This document shows positions 41,671 through 49,504 of a stretch of DNA of 64,000 nt, one piece after another (positions within the stretch are counted from its first letter, which is position 1; the number at the start of each line of letters is the position of its first letter). A program made the translations under genes and the position numbers. This DNA comes from Candidatus Uhrbacteria bacterium (GTDB lineage: Bacteria; Patescibacteriota; Patescibacteriia; UBA9934). Where the stretch lies: contig CAIKHN010000019.1 of assembly GCA_903827265.1 (NCBI GenBank), positions 11,814-75,813 of the forward strand. Reading direction: 5' to 3'. The notes beneath the pieces were generated by a model, which searched no databases, had not been told where the DNA came from, and worked only from the letters and a program-made list of their open reading frames with translations.

Positions 41671-41705
41671 CAACCCTAAGCGTTGACCAACCCTTAGGGT
41701 TGAAC
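41671..41705. repeat. 35-bp hairpin-forming repeat, copy B (34/35 identical to copy A)
   Basis: CAACCCTAAGCGTTGACCAACCCTTAGGGTTGAAC. Perfect 12-bp stem here. Confidence 0.75.
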
Positions 41706-42055
41706 TACCCCACCCCAATAATGTGCGTGATTCGGGGCGGAATCTGATCGTATTCAATCGCGATCACGTCGATGCGCCATTCGGAGTGAGGATGGCTCGA
41801 CATGAAGTGCTCGGCGACAATGGCGATTTTACGGAGCTTGGATTTCGTGACGGATTCTTCGGGGTAGCCGAATTCGTGATCGTTGCGCGCTTTTACCTCG
41901 ACCATCACAAACTCATCGCCATCTTTTGCAATAATGTCGATTTCGCCAAAGCGATTTCGATATTGAGTCTCAAGAATCGTCATCTTTTTGGATTTCAAAA
42001 ACGCAGCGGCATCGGCCTCCGCTGCATTTCCAAATATCCTCCTCTTATCGACCAT
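41705..42055 (-). CDS. yraN: YraN/UPF0102 family endonuclease
   Basis: 116 aa, with GEIDIIAKDGDEFVMVEVKAR...IDVIAIEY, typical of UPF0102. Confidence 0.7.
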   Translation of the reverse strand: MVDKRRIFGNAAEADAAAFLKSKKMTILETQYRNRFGEIDIIAKDGDEFVMVEVKARNDHEFGYPEESVTKSKLRKIAIVAEHFMSSHPHSEWRIDVIAIEYDQIPPRITHIIGVG

Positions 42056-42060
42056 AGCAA

Positions 42061-42537
42061 TTATCGAGCACGCTTCGGCAAGTACTTATTTACATCTGCT
42101 CGGGACTGTTCGCGGTGCTGCAACGCCGGAACTTCCTTCTTCACGTAGCGAACGATTGATACCGCGCCAGCAATAACCGCAACTGCCCAAATCAAGAACC
42201 AGAAACGAGAGCCAAAGAACTGAATTTCTTCAAACGTGAGGAAGAACCACGCCAATCCCACAACACCAGCAGCTGAACACAACGACGCGATCTTCTTCAG
42301 CGTGATAATTTGGTATCGGTCGTATTTTCCGTTGCGAATCACCATGCGAATCACTGATCCTGCGATAATCGCAAGCGCAAAGAATCCAAAGAATCCTGCC
42401 TCAAACGCTGCAGACATGCGCGTTGGAGTAAGATCGAACCAAAAACTCAAATTCCACAATGGAGAAAGAAAATTCATATGGGCAGGATGGTACGGTGTTT
42501 TTGGGCTGTTGGTCAATGAGAATAGACTCTTCCCCAA
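42061..42537 (-). CDS. Hypothetical membrane protein (3-4 TM)
   Basis: Hydrophobic segments only. Confidence 0.45.
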   Translation of the reverse strand: MGKSLFSLTNSPKTPYHPAHMNFLSPLWNLSFWFDLTPTRMSAAFEAGFFGFFALAIIAGSVIRMVIRNGKYDRYQIITLKKIASLCSAAGVVGLAWFFLTFEEIQFFGSRFWFLIWAVAVIAGAVSIVRYVKKEVPALQHREQSRADVNKYLPKRAR

Positions 42538-43058
42538 TGATCACGGCTTGCGCGAAACTGTCCGCATTCTCGGCACCCACCTTCAGCAAAGAGTCGGCCA
42601 GCCGCATACGGCGCAACACGATTCGCAACTTCTGGCGCAAGAACATGACGTGAATGTGGCTCCCAGTCTACGACAATAATCTGACCATTCGGAGCGAGCA
42701 ACCGACGAGCCTCGGAAACGATCGATGCACGACGACGAGCCGACCACAGCGTGTTAATAAGAAAAATGCGATCAAGCGTTCCTTGCTCGATGTCGGCGAC
42801 TCCTCCAAGTCGTTCGATGTCTCCACGAACCGGATAAAGATTCAACAGCGAATGCAGCGATCGATGTCCTCGCAACATCGATAGCGCATCCGGATGAATA
42901 TCCACCGCGAACACAACACCGTCATCTGCAAGGATTCGCGCTGCCGGCAAAACAAGATGTCCAGTGCCTCCAGCACCAAAATCCGCCACACGATGCCCGG
43001 GGCGAAGGTTCGCGATCTCAAGGATCACACGTGCATCAAGAAGCGCAGAGCCGGCCAT
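42513..43058 (-). CDS. Class I SAM-dependent methyltransferase
   Basis: Motif I VADFGAGGTGHLV and a downstream acidic motif (VFAVDI). Confidence 0.55.
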   Translation of the reverse strand: MAGSALLDARVILEIANLRPGHRVADFGAGGTGHLVLPAARILADDGVVFAVDIHPDALSMLRGHRSLHSLLNLYPVRGDIERLGGVADIEQGTLDRIFLINTLWSARRRASIVSEARRLLAPNGQIIVVDWEPHSRHVLAPEVANRVAPYAAGRLFAEGGCRECGQFRASRDHWGRVYSH

Positions 43059-43061
43059 GGT

Positions 43062-43301
43062 TTAGAAAAGAGAGCGGATAAAGCTCCCAATAATAATGTC
43101 GAACAAATCAAGCGTCACGATAAACCCAAGAATCACGATTGCTGTTCCGAGCAACTTATAAAAGAATGCCGTCGTGCCCAAATGCTGCTCCGCCCACATG
43201 ACCGGGCCAAGCATGTCCTCAAACCACCGCGTTTTCCATACCATCATCCATCCCATCGCGGTAATGAATAGGCCAATCAGAATTCGCTGCAACATATGCA
43301 C
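43062..43301 (-). CDS. Small membrane protein (79 aa, 2 TM)
   Basis: Hydrophobic ORF. Confidence 0.4.
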   Translation of the reverse strand: MHMLQRILIGLFITAMGWMMVWKTRWFEDMLGPVMWAEQHLGTTAFFYKLLGTAIVILGFIVTLDLFDIIIGSFIRSLF

Positions 43302-43316
43302 TATTTTATCACAAAC

Positions 43317-43345
43317 AAAAACGAAGCCCGGTCAGGCTTCGTTTT
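43317..43345 (-). terminator. Intrinsic terminator for tRNA-Leu (bidirectional A-tract/T-tract hairpin)
   Basis: AAAACGAAGCC-cggtca-GGCTTCGTTTTT. Confidence 0.7.
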
Positions 43346-43348
43346 TGA

Positions 43349-43434
43349 TGGTGCGCGGAAGAGGACTCGAACCTCCACGACCTTGCGGCCACCAGCCCCT
43401 CAAGCTGGCGTGTCTACCATTTCACCATCCGCGC
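43349..43434 (-). tRNA. tRNA-Leu (anticodon GAG), long variable arm
   Basis: GCGCGGATGGTGAAATGGTAGACACGCCAGCTTGAGGGGCTGGTGGCCGCAAGGTCGTGGAGGTTCGAGTCCTCTTCCGCGCACCA. Confidence 0.85.
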
Positions 43435-43522
43435 AGGTACACCACAGGAACGGGCAGAATCATAACCTCAAGATTGAAAAGATTCAAGCCTTCAGGTACC
43501 ATTCCCCAGCGATACCCCATTT

Positions 43523-43599
43523 GGACGCCTAGCTCAGCTGGTTAGAGCATCTCGTTTACACCGAGAGGGTCGAGGGTTCGAATCCCCCGGCGTCCACCA
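43523..43599 (+). tRNA. tRNA-Val (anticodon TAC)
   Basis: GGACGCCTAGCTCAGCTGGTTAGAGCATCTCGTTTACACCGAGAGGGTCGAGGGTTCGAATCCCCCGGCGTCCACCA. Confidence 0.85.
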
Positions 43600-43604
43600 T
43601 CGAT

Positions 43605-43632
43605 GAAGAAGTCCCAAACGGGCTTCTTTTTC
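43605..43632 (+). terminator. Intrinsic terminator after tRNA-Val(TAC)
   Basis: GAAGAAGTCCC-aaac-GGGCTTCTTTTTCG. Confidence 0.6.
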
Positions 43633-43664
43633 GTTTCCCCGTTCTTTGATACCCTTATTGCACT

Positions 43665-44357
43665 ATGGCAAATATGAAATTTGGGCTTATTGGACGAATC
43701 ACCACTATCCTTGCCGGCATCGTCGTTGTGGTGGCCGGAATGGCGTGGATTGGAAATGCACAGGACCACGCAAACGATCCCCAGACGCTCAGCATTCCAG
43801 TAAACGATAGTGACTGGTACGTCGGCAACAAAGACGCAGCTGTCACGCTCGTCGAATACAGCGATTTTCAATGCCCAGCATGCGGGGCATATTTCCCTGT
43901 CATGAAAGGACTCGAAGAAGCGTACGGCGACACGCTGAAGATTGTGTACCGCAACTATCCGCTGATAACGCTTCATGCGAATGCACAAATCGCGGCGCAG
44001 GCTGCCGAAGCCGCGGGAATTCAGGGAAAGTTTTTTGAAATGCACGACGCACTGTTCCAAAATCAGAAATCCTGGAGCGCTGAAACAGATCCAACAAACT
44101 CGTTCTTAAACTACGCAACCGTTATTGGTCTTGACGTTGAGAAATTCCGAACCGACCTCACGAGCAACGCGGTCATTAACGAAATCAAAAACGACATTAA
44201 CGGTGGAAACGCATCAAAACTTAGCGGAACGCCAACGTTCTTCTTGAACGGTGTGCAAATCGTGAAAAATCCTCAAGGTCTCGAACCATTCAAGACACTC
44301 ATCGATGCAGCGCTCCTTCCAGCGCCAACGGAGACTTCCGCTGAAACTGCAGAGTAA
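43665..44357 (+). CDS. DsbA-family thiol:disulfide oxidoreductase (membrane-anchored, CPAC active site)
   Basis: N-terminal TM anchor. VEYSDFQCPACGAYFP thioredoxin-fold motif. Confidence 0.75.
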   Translation: MANMKFGLIGRITTILAGIVVVVAGMAWIGNAQDHANDPQTLSIPVNDSDWYVGNKDAAVTLVEYSDFQCPACGAYFPVMKGLEEAYGDTLKIVYRNYPLITLHANAQIAAQAAEAAGIQGKFFEMHDALFQNQKSWSAETDPTNSFLNYATVIGLDVEKFRTDLTSNAVINEIKNDINGGNASKLSGTPTFFLNGVQIVKNPQGLEPFKTLIDAALLPAPTETSAETAE

Positions 44358-44359
44358 TT

Positions 44360-44815
44360 ATGTCCACTTCCCGCTGGTATCCATTCACGATTCTTGGCGT
44401 GAGCATCGTCGGATTTTTCGACGCTGCGTACTTAACTATCCAACATTACACTCAGTTCACCCTTCCCTGCAGCATTACCCACGGATGTGATTTAGTAACG
44501 AAAAGCGAGTACTCGCAAATCATGGGCGTTCCCGTCGCCCTTCTTGGCGCGCTCTACTACCTCGCAATCTTCCTCGTCGTGTACATCATCATCGAGACGA
44601 AAAAAACGGACTATCTCCGTTTCATCGCCATCACCACAACCGCCGGATTCCTCTTCTCCGCTTGGTTCGTCTACCTCCAACTCTTCGTCATCCACGCCAT
44701 CTGCCAATACTGCATGTTCTCCGCATTCACCTCAACTACAATGTTTGCCGCGTCGATTGTGTATTTTTCAAAGGAGCATCTTCGGAACGTTAAAATTTCC
44801 TTCCCTTCCCCGTAA
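44360..44815 (+). CDS. Vitamin K epoxide reductase (VKOR)-family membrane protein, probable DsbA re-oxidant
   Basis: 4-TM protein with a loop Cys pair (LPCSITHGC) and a CQYC motif. Begins 3 nt after the dsbA-like stop. Confidence 0.7.
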   Translation: MSTSRWYPFTILGVSIVGFFDAAYLTIQHYTQFTLPCSITHGCDLVTKSEYSQIMGVPVALLGALYYLAIFLVVYIIIETKKTDYLRFIAITTTAGFLFSAWFVYLQLFVIHAICQYCMFSAFTSTTMFAASIVYFSKEHLRNVKISFPSP

Positions 44816-45524
44816 CCAATCGAAGCGCTTTCGGAATCACACGGAACGAAAAATCTTTGCCTTGAAGCTGATCACCGTCTACTGTGGCGGTGATTTGCTT
44901 TTCGCAGGAAACGAACATTTCTTCAAAAGGGATACAGCCGATGTCGGCTTTACCTTTGAATAATGAAAACTTTGGAAGACGGATAATCAATGATAGACGG
45001 CCGTCGACCGGACTGATCATGCCAGCGTCATCTGGTGCGGCGAAGTTTCGGACTTCGATCGAGGCTTTGCGGAGCGGCGTGACGACGTATTGCTTGCCGT
45101 GATGGATCGAAAAGTCTGTTCCCTCGATGTGAACCGATTGCACGAATCGCTTCCCGTTCACCTCGCCAACGTCGAGCTCCTCGACATTTCGCGCGCTCAG
45201 CACGTCGCATGCCGCAACGCCGCTTGGCATACCCAAAAGCTCTGCCATTCCTCCTTGTGGGCCAACAGGAAGTAAAGCGACGACGGTCTTTCGATCTTGT
45301 ACAGCGTCGATGACCCGTCGTAACGTCATGTCATTCCCGACGGCGACCACCGTGGTAACTCCCCCACGAATTTCGTCGCGAATGAGTTCGATGGGTTCGC
45401 GAAACAAAGCCAAGCGAGCAATCTTGCCGGCAATACCCAAGTCCGTTACGCGCGTTTCAATTTGAGCGAGTTCTCGTTCAAATCGTCGGTCTTGCAGCGC
45501 TTCATCGTACACGTAGCAATACAC
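44790..45524 (-). CDS. Diacylglycerol-kinase-catalytic-domain (YegS/BmrU-like) lipid kinase homolog. Degenerate GGDGT (VGNDMT)
   Basis: VVAVGNDMTLRRV...LLPVGPQGG pattern. Confidence 0.45.
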   Translation of the reverse strand: MYCYVYDEALQDRRFERELAQIETRVTDLGIAGKIARLALFREPIELIRDEIRGGVTTVVAVGNDMTLRRVIDAVQDRKTVVALLPVGPQGGMAELLGMPSGVAACDVLSARNVEELDVGEVNGKRFVQSVHIEGTDFSIHHGKQYVVTPLRKASIEVRNFAAPDDAGMISPVDGRLSLIIRLPKFSLFKGKADIGCIPFEEMFVSCEKQITATVDGDQLQGKDFSFRVIPKALRLVTGKGRKF

Positions 45525-45526
45525 AA

Positions 45527-45901
45527 CTATTCTTCAAGAGCGACTTCAGCACGTTTCTTTCCCTTTGGCGCTTCTGCGCCCATACTGATATTTCCGTTAA
45601 CCTGCGCGCCAGGACCGATTGCCAATATTTCTGTTACCACGTCGCCCGTTATTTTTGATGATGGAAAAAGCTCAAACTTTCCGTGAACAATAATGTTGCC
45701 TCGAATTTCGCCGCTGACCACCGCATTACTTGCCTCAATGTTCGCTTCAACAATTGCCTGATCGCCAATACGTAAATCACCCTTCGTCTTCACCGTTCCA
45801 TGCACCTCGCCTTCAATAACGATATCGCCCTCAGCGTGCAAATCACCTTCCAATCGTACTCCGTGCGCAATGATTGTTTCTGGACCAGTTCCCTTTGCCA
45901 T
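45527..45901 (-). CDS. Bactofilin (CcmA/DUF583) cytoskeletal protein
   Basis: Repetitive beta-helical pattern GDLHAEGDIVIEGEVHGTVKTKGDLRIGDQAIVEANIEASNAVVSGEIRGNI. Confidence 0.75.
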   Translation of the reverse strand: MAKGTGPETIIAHGVRLEGDLHAEGDIVIEGEVHGTVKTKGDLRIGDQAIVEANIEASNAVVSGEIRGNIIVHGKFELFPSSKITGDVVTEILAIGPGAQVNGNISMGAEAPKGKKRAEVALEE

Positions 45902-45935
45902 AGAAATAAAATTACTTTGTTCTTCAGTACCACGA

Positions 45936-47642
45936 TTACATCGCTTTCACAACCGGAATGTTTAATAACTCCATTGCGTTCGTGAGCGTAGAGCCAACGA
46001 CATCAGCGAGCCCCAATCGCGCCGCAGTGAGCGACGGCTGCACCTCGTCAATCATATGCACCTCGGCGTAATAACGAGAGAACATTTGCGCAAGCTCGAA
46101 TGCATATAAACACACAAGCGATGGTCGCATTTCCGTTCCGGCTTGTGCAACGATATCTGGATATTCCGCAACCTTACGCAATAACTGTACCTCTTGAGGG
46201 TCAATGAGCGCTGATGCCAACGGAAACGCCGATACTTTCGTCTTCGTGTGCAGACTGTTAATGCGAGCAATCGTGTACAAAATATACGGACCAGTAAACC
46301 CATCCGTCGCCATCGCCTCTTCCATGTCGAACACCATTAAACGTTCCGGATCATGGCGAAGCATCACAAATTTTACCGCAGCCATCACCAATGCCTTCGC
46401 GTTTGCCGCAACGACCTTTGGCTTCCATTCCGGGTGGCGCAATACCGTTGAATCTGTCACCCGCTCTTCCATGGCATCGCGCAAATCAGACCAGCGAATA
46501 ATATTGCCCTTTCGCGAGCTCATGGCGCCCTCAGGAAGCGTAACGAACTCAAAACCTAAATGAATAAGCTCACGAGAAAACTCCATGCGTTTTAACGTTG
46601 CCGCAAGTTGTTTCATGGCGAGTGACTGACGAACGTCAACAACAATCATGGAGCGATCTGCGTGATAGTCGTTTTCCTTATGCAGCGCAAGCGCAAGATC
46701 TTTTGCGTTATACAACAACGATCCATCAGACTTCCGCAACAAATTTACTCCAAGCTTCTCCGCCTCCAAATCGACAATCACCGCGCTCTGACTGACCTTC
46801 GCAATTCCCTCAACTAAAAGCTTGTTCACGATTTGGTGTGTTTCATCGATCATCTCATGCTCCAAATAGATTCGATCAAACGACAATCCAAATTCATCAA
46901 ATGTTTCTTTCAAATTATCCATCGACCATTTCTGCGTTTTCTTCCACAGCGCAAACCATTCCCCTTCACCAGACTCGAGTTCGTTTTGAATTGCGGAAAC
47001 TTCTTGTTTCGCTTCGTCGTTCCCTTCAAGCGCCGCCGTTGCTTCAGTGTAAACGCTCCCCAAAAAATTCAAGCGGCTCGCAGCTTCAGGCTCTTCGCCG
47101 TCGTGGAACTTTTTAATTCCCCACAAACATTTCGCGACGTTGCTTCCCAAATCATTAATGTATGACACTGGAATTGCGGAATATCCATTTGCCGCAAAGA
47201 TATTCACCGCCGCTGCGCCAAGCGCGAAGTTTCGCAAATGACCAACGTGTACTTCTTTATGCGTGTTTAAGTTTGCGTATTCAACAAGGACTTTTTTACC
47301 TTTTCCTGTTGTTCCGCGACCATAACGCTTCTTCGACTTTGTGACATCATCAATAACATGCGCACCAAAAGCTTCATCGTCGAAAGTGAAATTGACGTAT
47401 GGCCCCGCCGACGTGATCTTCTTAATCATCTTCGACGGACCAATTTTTGCCGCAAGTTCTGTCGCGATTTCCGCTGGGTTACGACTCATGCCTTTTGCCA
47501 ATGTAAAACACGGGAAGCTCAAATCGCCGAATCCCGGCTTTGGCGGCGTCACAATCATGTCAGCCGTGAGTGTAAATGTTTTCCCAAGCACTTTTTTCAG
47601 CGCGGTAAAAACTTCCTTTCGTGCAACACTTCGTGCGGTCAT
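45936..47642 (-). CDS. argS: Arginyl-tRNA synthetase
   Basis: HVGHLRN class I motif. 568 aa with C-terminal ...LLNIPVVKAM, typical of ArgRS. Confidence 0.9.
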   Translation of the reverse strand: MTARSVARKEVFTALKKVLGKTFTLTADMIVTPPKPGFGDLSFPCFTLAKGMSRNPAEIATELAAKIGPSKMIKKITSAGPYVNFTFDDEAFGAHVIDDVTKSKKRYGRGTTGKGKKVLVEYANLNTHKEVHVGHLRNFALGAAAVNIFAANGYSAIPVSYINDLGSNVAKCLWGIKKFHDGEEPEAASRLNFLGSVYTEATAALEGNDEAKQEVSAIQNELESGEGEWFALWKKTQKWSMDNLKETFDEFGLSFDRIYLEHEMIDETHQIVNKLLVEGIAKVSQSAVIVDLEAEKLGVNLLRKSDGSLLYNAKDLALALHKENDYHADRSMIVVDVRQSLAMKQLAATLKRMEFSRELIHLGFEFVTLPEGAMSSRKGNIIRWSDLRDAMEERVTDSTVLRHPEWKPKVVAANAKALVMAAVKFVMLRHDPERLMVFDMEEAMATDGFTGPYILYTIARINSLHTKTKVSAFPLASALIDPQEVQLLRKVAEYPDIVAQAGTEMRPSLVCLYAFELAQMFSRYYAEVHMIDEVQPSLTAARLGLADVVGSTLTNAMELLNIPVVKAM

Positions 47643-47643
47643 A

Positions 47644-49121
47644 TTATGGAAGAAGTTTCACAAAGAATCGCTTGCCTTTCTGAACAATCACCTCGTCCGT
47701 GCGAGGAGAAACGTTCAGCATCGGATCGTTAACGACTTCGGACCCGATCTTTACGCCGGCCTGTTCGATGAGACGCTTTGCCTCGCCTTTCGACGGTGCA
47801 AATTCAGCCTCGACGAGAATTTCAACAATCGTGAGTGTTCGACCGCCCAGTGAAAGTTCTGGAATAACATCCGGCATTTCTTTGTTGCTGAACACTTGTA
47901 AGAAATGCTTCTTCGCCGCTTTTGCTTTGCTCTTGTTGTGGTACATCTCAACAACGGTTTCGGCCAAATGCATCTTTGCATCACGTGGATTCATACCACC
48001 AGCAATTGCAGATTCAACGGCAGCGATTTCATCATCTTCAAGATCGGTCGCAAGTTTAAAGTATGGAGCGATCATGCTGTCGTCCATTGCCATAATTTTA
48101 CCGAACATGTCTTCTGGCGAATCTGTTAGCGCGATGACTCCCCCTTCGCTCTTACTCATCTTCTTTCCTTCACTGTTCGTAAGAAGTGAAATTGCGAGTA
48201 CAAACTTCTCTTTCTGTTTCATCTCTCGCATTAACGTTCGGCCCGCAAGCATGTTGAACGTTTGATCATTCCCACCAACCTCCAAGTCCACATCCATCGC
48301 AACGGAATCGTAGCCCTGCATGAGTGGGTACATGAATTCGTGGAGGTAAATTGGCTTCGAAGGTCTCATGTAGCGCCCGTACTTTGTGAACAAGAAACTA
48401 GGCGCCTCTTTCGGATCTTCTTCTCTCAACTTTTTAAGCGCCTCCTGGTCTTCCTTAGAGAGGAATGCTTTGCCACATTTTGGATCCCACATTTCAGTAA
48501 TACCCGTACTAACCTCCGGCACCGAAACTCCCAAGTCTGCGAGCTTCGGATTGGAGCGAATTGTCTTGTTCATTATCTTTGCGTTGGATGCGAAAACGTT
48601 TCCACAATGTGGACATTCAATCTCTCCCATAAATCTGCGATCAAACATATCCCGCTCTAACATTTGTTGAACGGTGAAATGACTCGCTAACTGCATGACA
48701 TCTCCAAAGTTCATTTTTCCAAGCCACTTGTCGTTGAACATCACCTTTGCGGCGTTGTCGCCAGAAAACTTCAGAATCTTCGACGCTTGTTTTTTGTACG
48801 TCGCTGCATTCGCGAGTACCTCTTGCTTTGTGAGCTGCTTTCGCGTCGCAAGTTTGTCCGTCGGGTCACCGATCATTGCGGTGAACGATCCGATCAACAT
48901 GATCACCTCGTGACCAAGATCTTGGAATTCACGAAGCTTTCTCAGCTGCATTGCGTGACCAATATGCAAGAACGGTGCTGTTGGATCGATACCGTTGTAC
49001 AGCCGCAATCGCTTGCCGCTCATCAAAAGTTCGCGCAACTTTTCCGTGGTTGGATACACGGTGGCGACACCACGGGTGAGCAATCGATTAATTTTGTGTT
49101 CATCGGTAATGACGTTCATAG
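47644..49121 (-). CDS. tyrS: Tyrosyl-tRNA synthetase with C-terminal S4 domain. Has an extra segment of about 90 aa between HIGH and KMSKS
   Basis: HIGHAMQ and KKMSKS motifs. S4-like C-terminus. I placed the start at the internal ATG (MNVITDEHK) just after the stop of the upstream VOC gene; the track's start at 49182 overlaps that gene. Confidence 0.8.
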
Positions 49122-49123
49122 AA

Positions 49124-49495
49124 TTACGCGTGATCTTCATCGAGAATAAGTTGGTTGCCATCTGCATCAGCAATAATGGCATTCCATCCGCCCCATATTT
49201 GTTGGATAGGTTCTACAAGAATTGTTACGCCAGCGCGACGCAACTCGTTGACTGCGGCGCGAATATCGTCAACCGCGAGCACGATTCCTGTTGGACCGCC
49301 GATGTGAACGTTCTCAAAACCTTTTGCCCGGCTAGGATTCTTTTCCTCAACGTACAGTCGCCCGCCGGGCAACGTATATTCAGTGAAGTGTGGGTTCTCT
49401 TCAACGAGCTCAAGCTTAAGAATGTCTCGATAAAAAGCTTTCGACGCTTCTACGTCTGAGACAAAGATGAGATGAGCACCGAGGGAAAACTTCAT
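49124..49495 (-). CDS. Glyoxalase/bleomycin-resistance (VOC) family protein
   Basis: 123 aa, with a beta-alpha-beta-beta-beta pattern (AHLIFVSDVEASKAFY...VHIGGPTGIVLAVDDI). Confidence 0.6.
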   Translation of the reverse strand: MKFSLGAHLIFVSDVEASKAFYRDILKLELVEENPHFTEYTLPGGRLYVEEKNPSRAKGFENVHIGGPTGIVLAVDDIRAAVNELRRAGVTILVEPIQQIWGGWNAIIADADGNQLILDEDHA

Positions 49496-49504
49496 ATATC
49501 GGCA

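Noticed and set aside
43542-44060. Minus-strand ORF 43542-44060 (172 aa)
   Set aside because: It overlaps tRNA-Val(TAC) and the well-supported plus-strand DsbA-like gene, and has no motifs.
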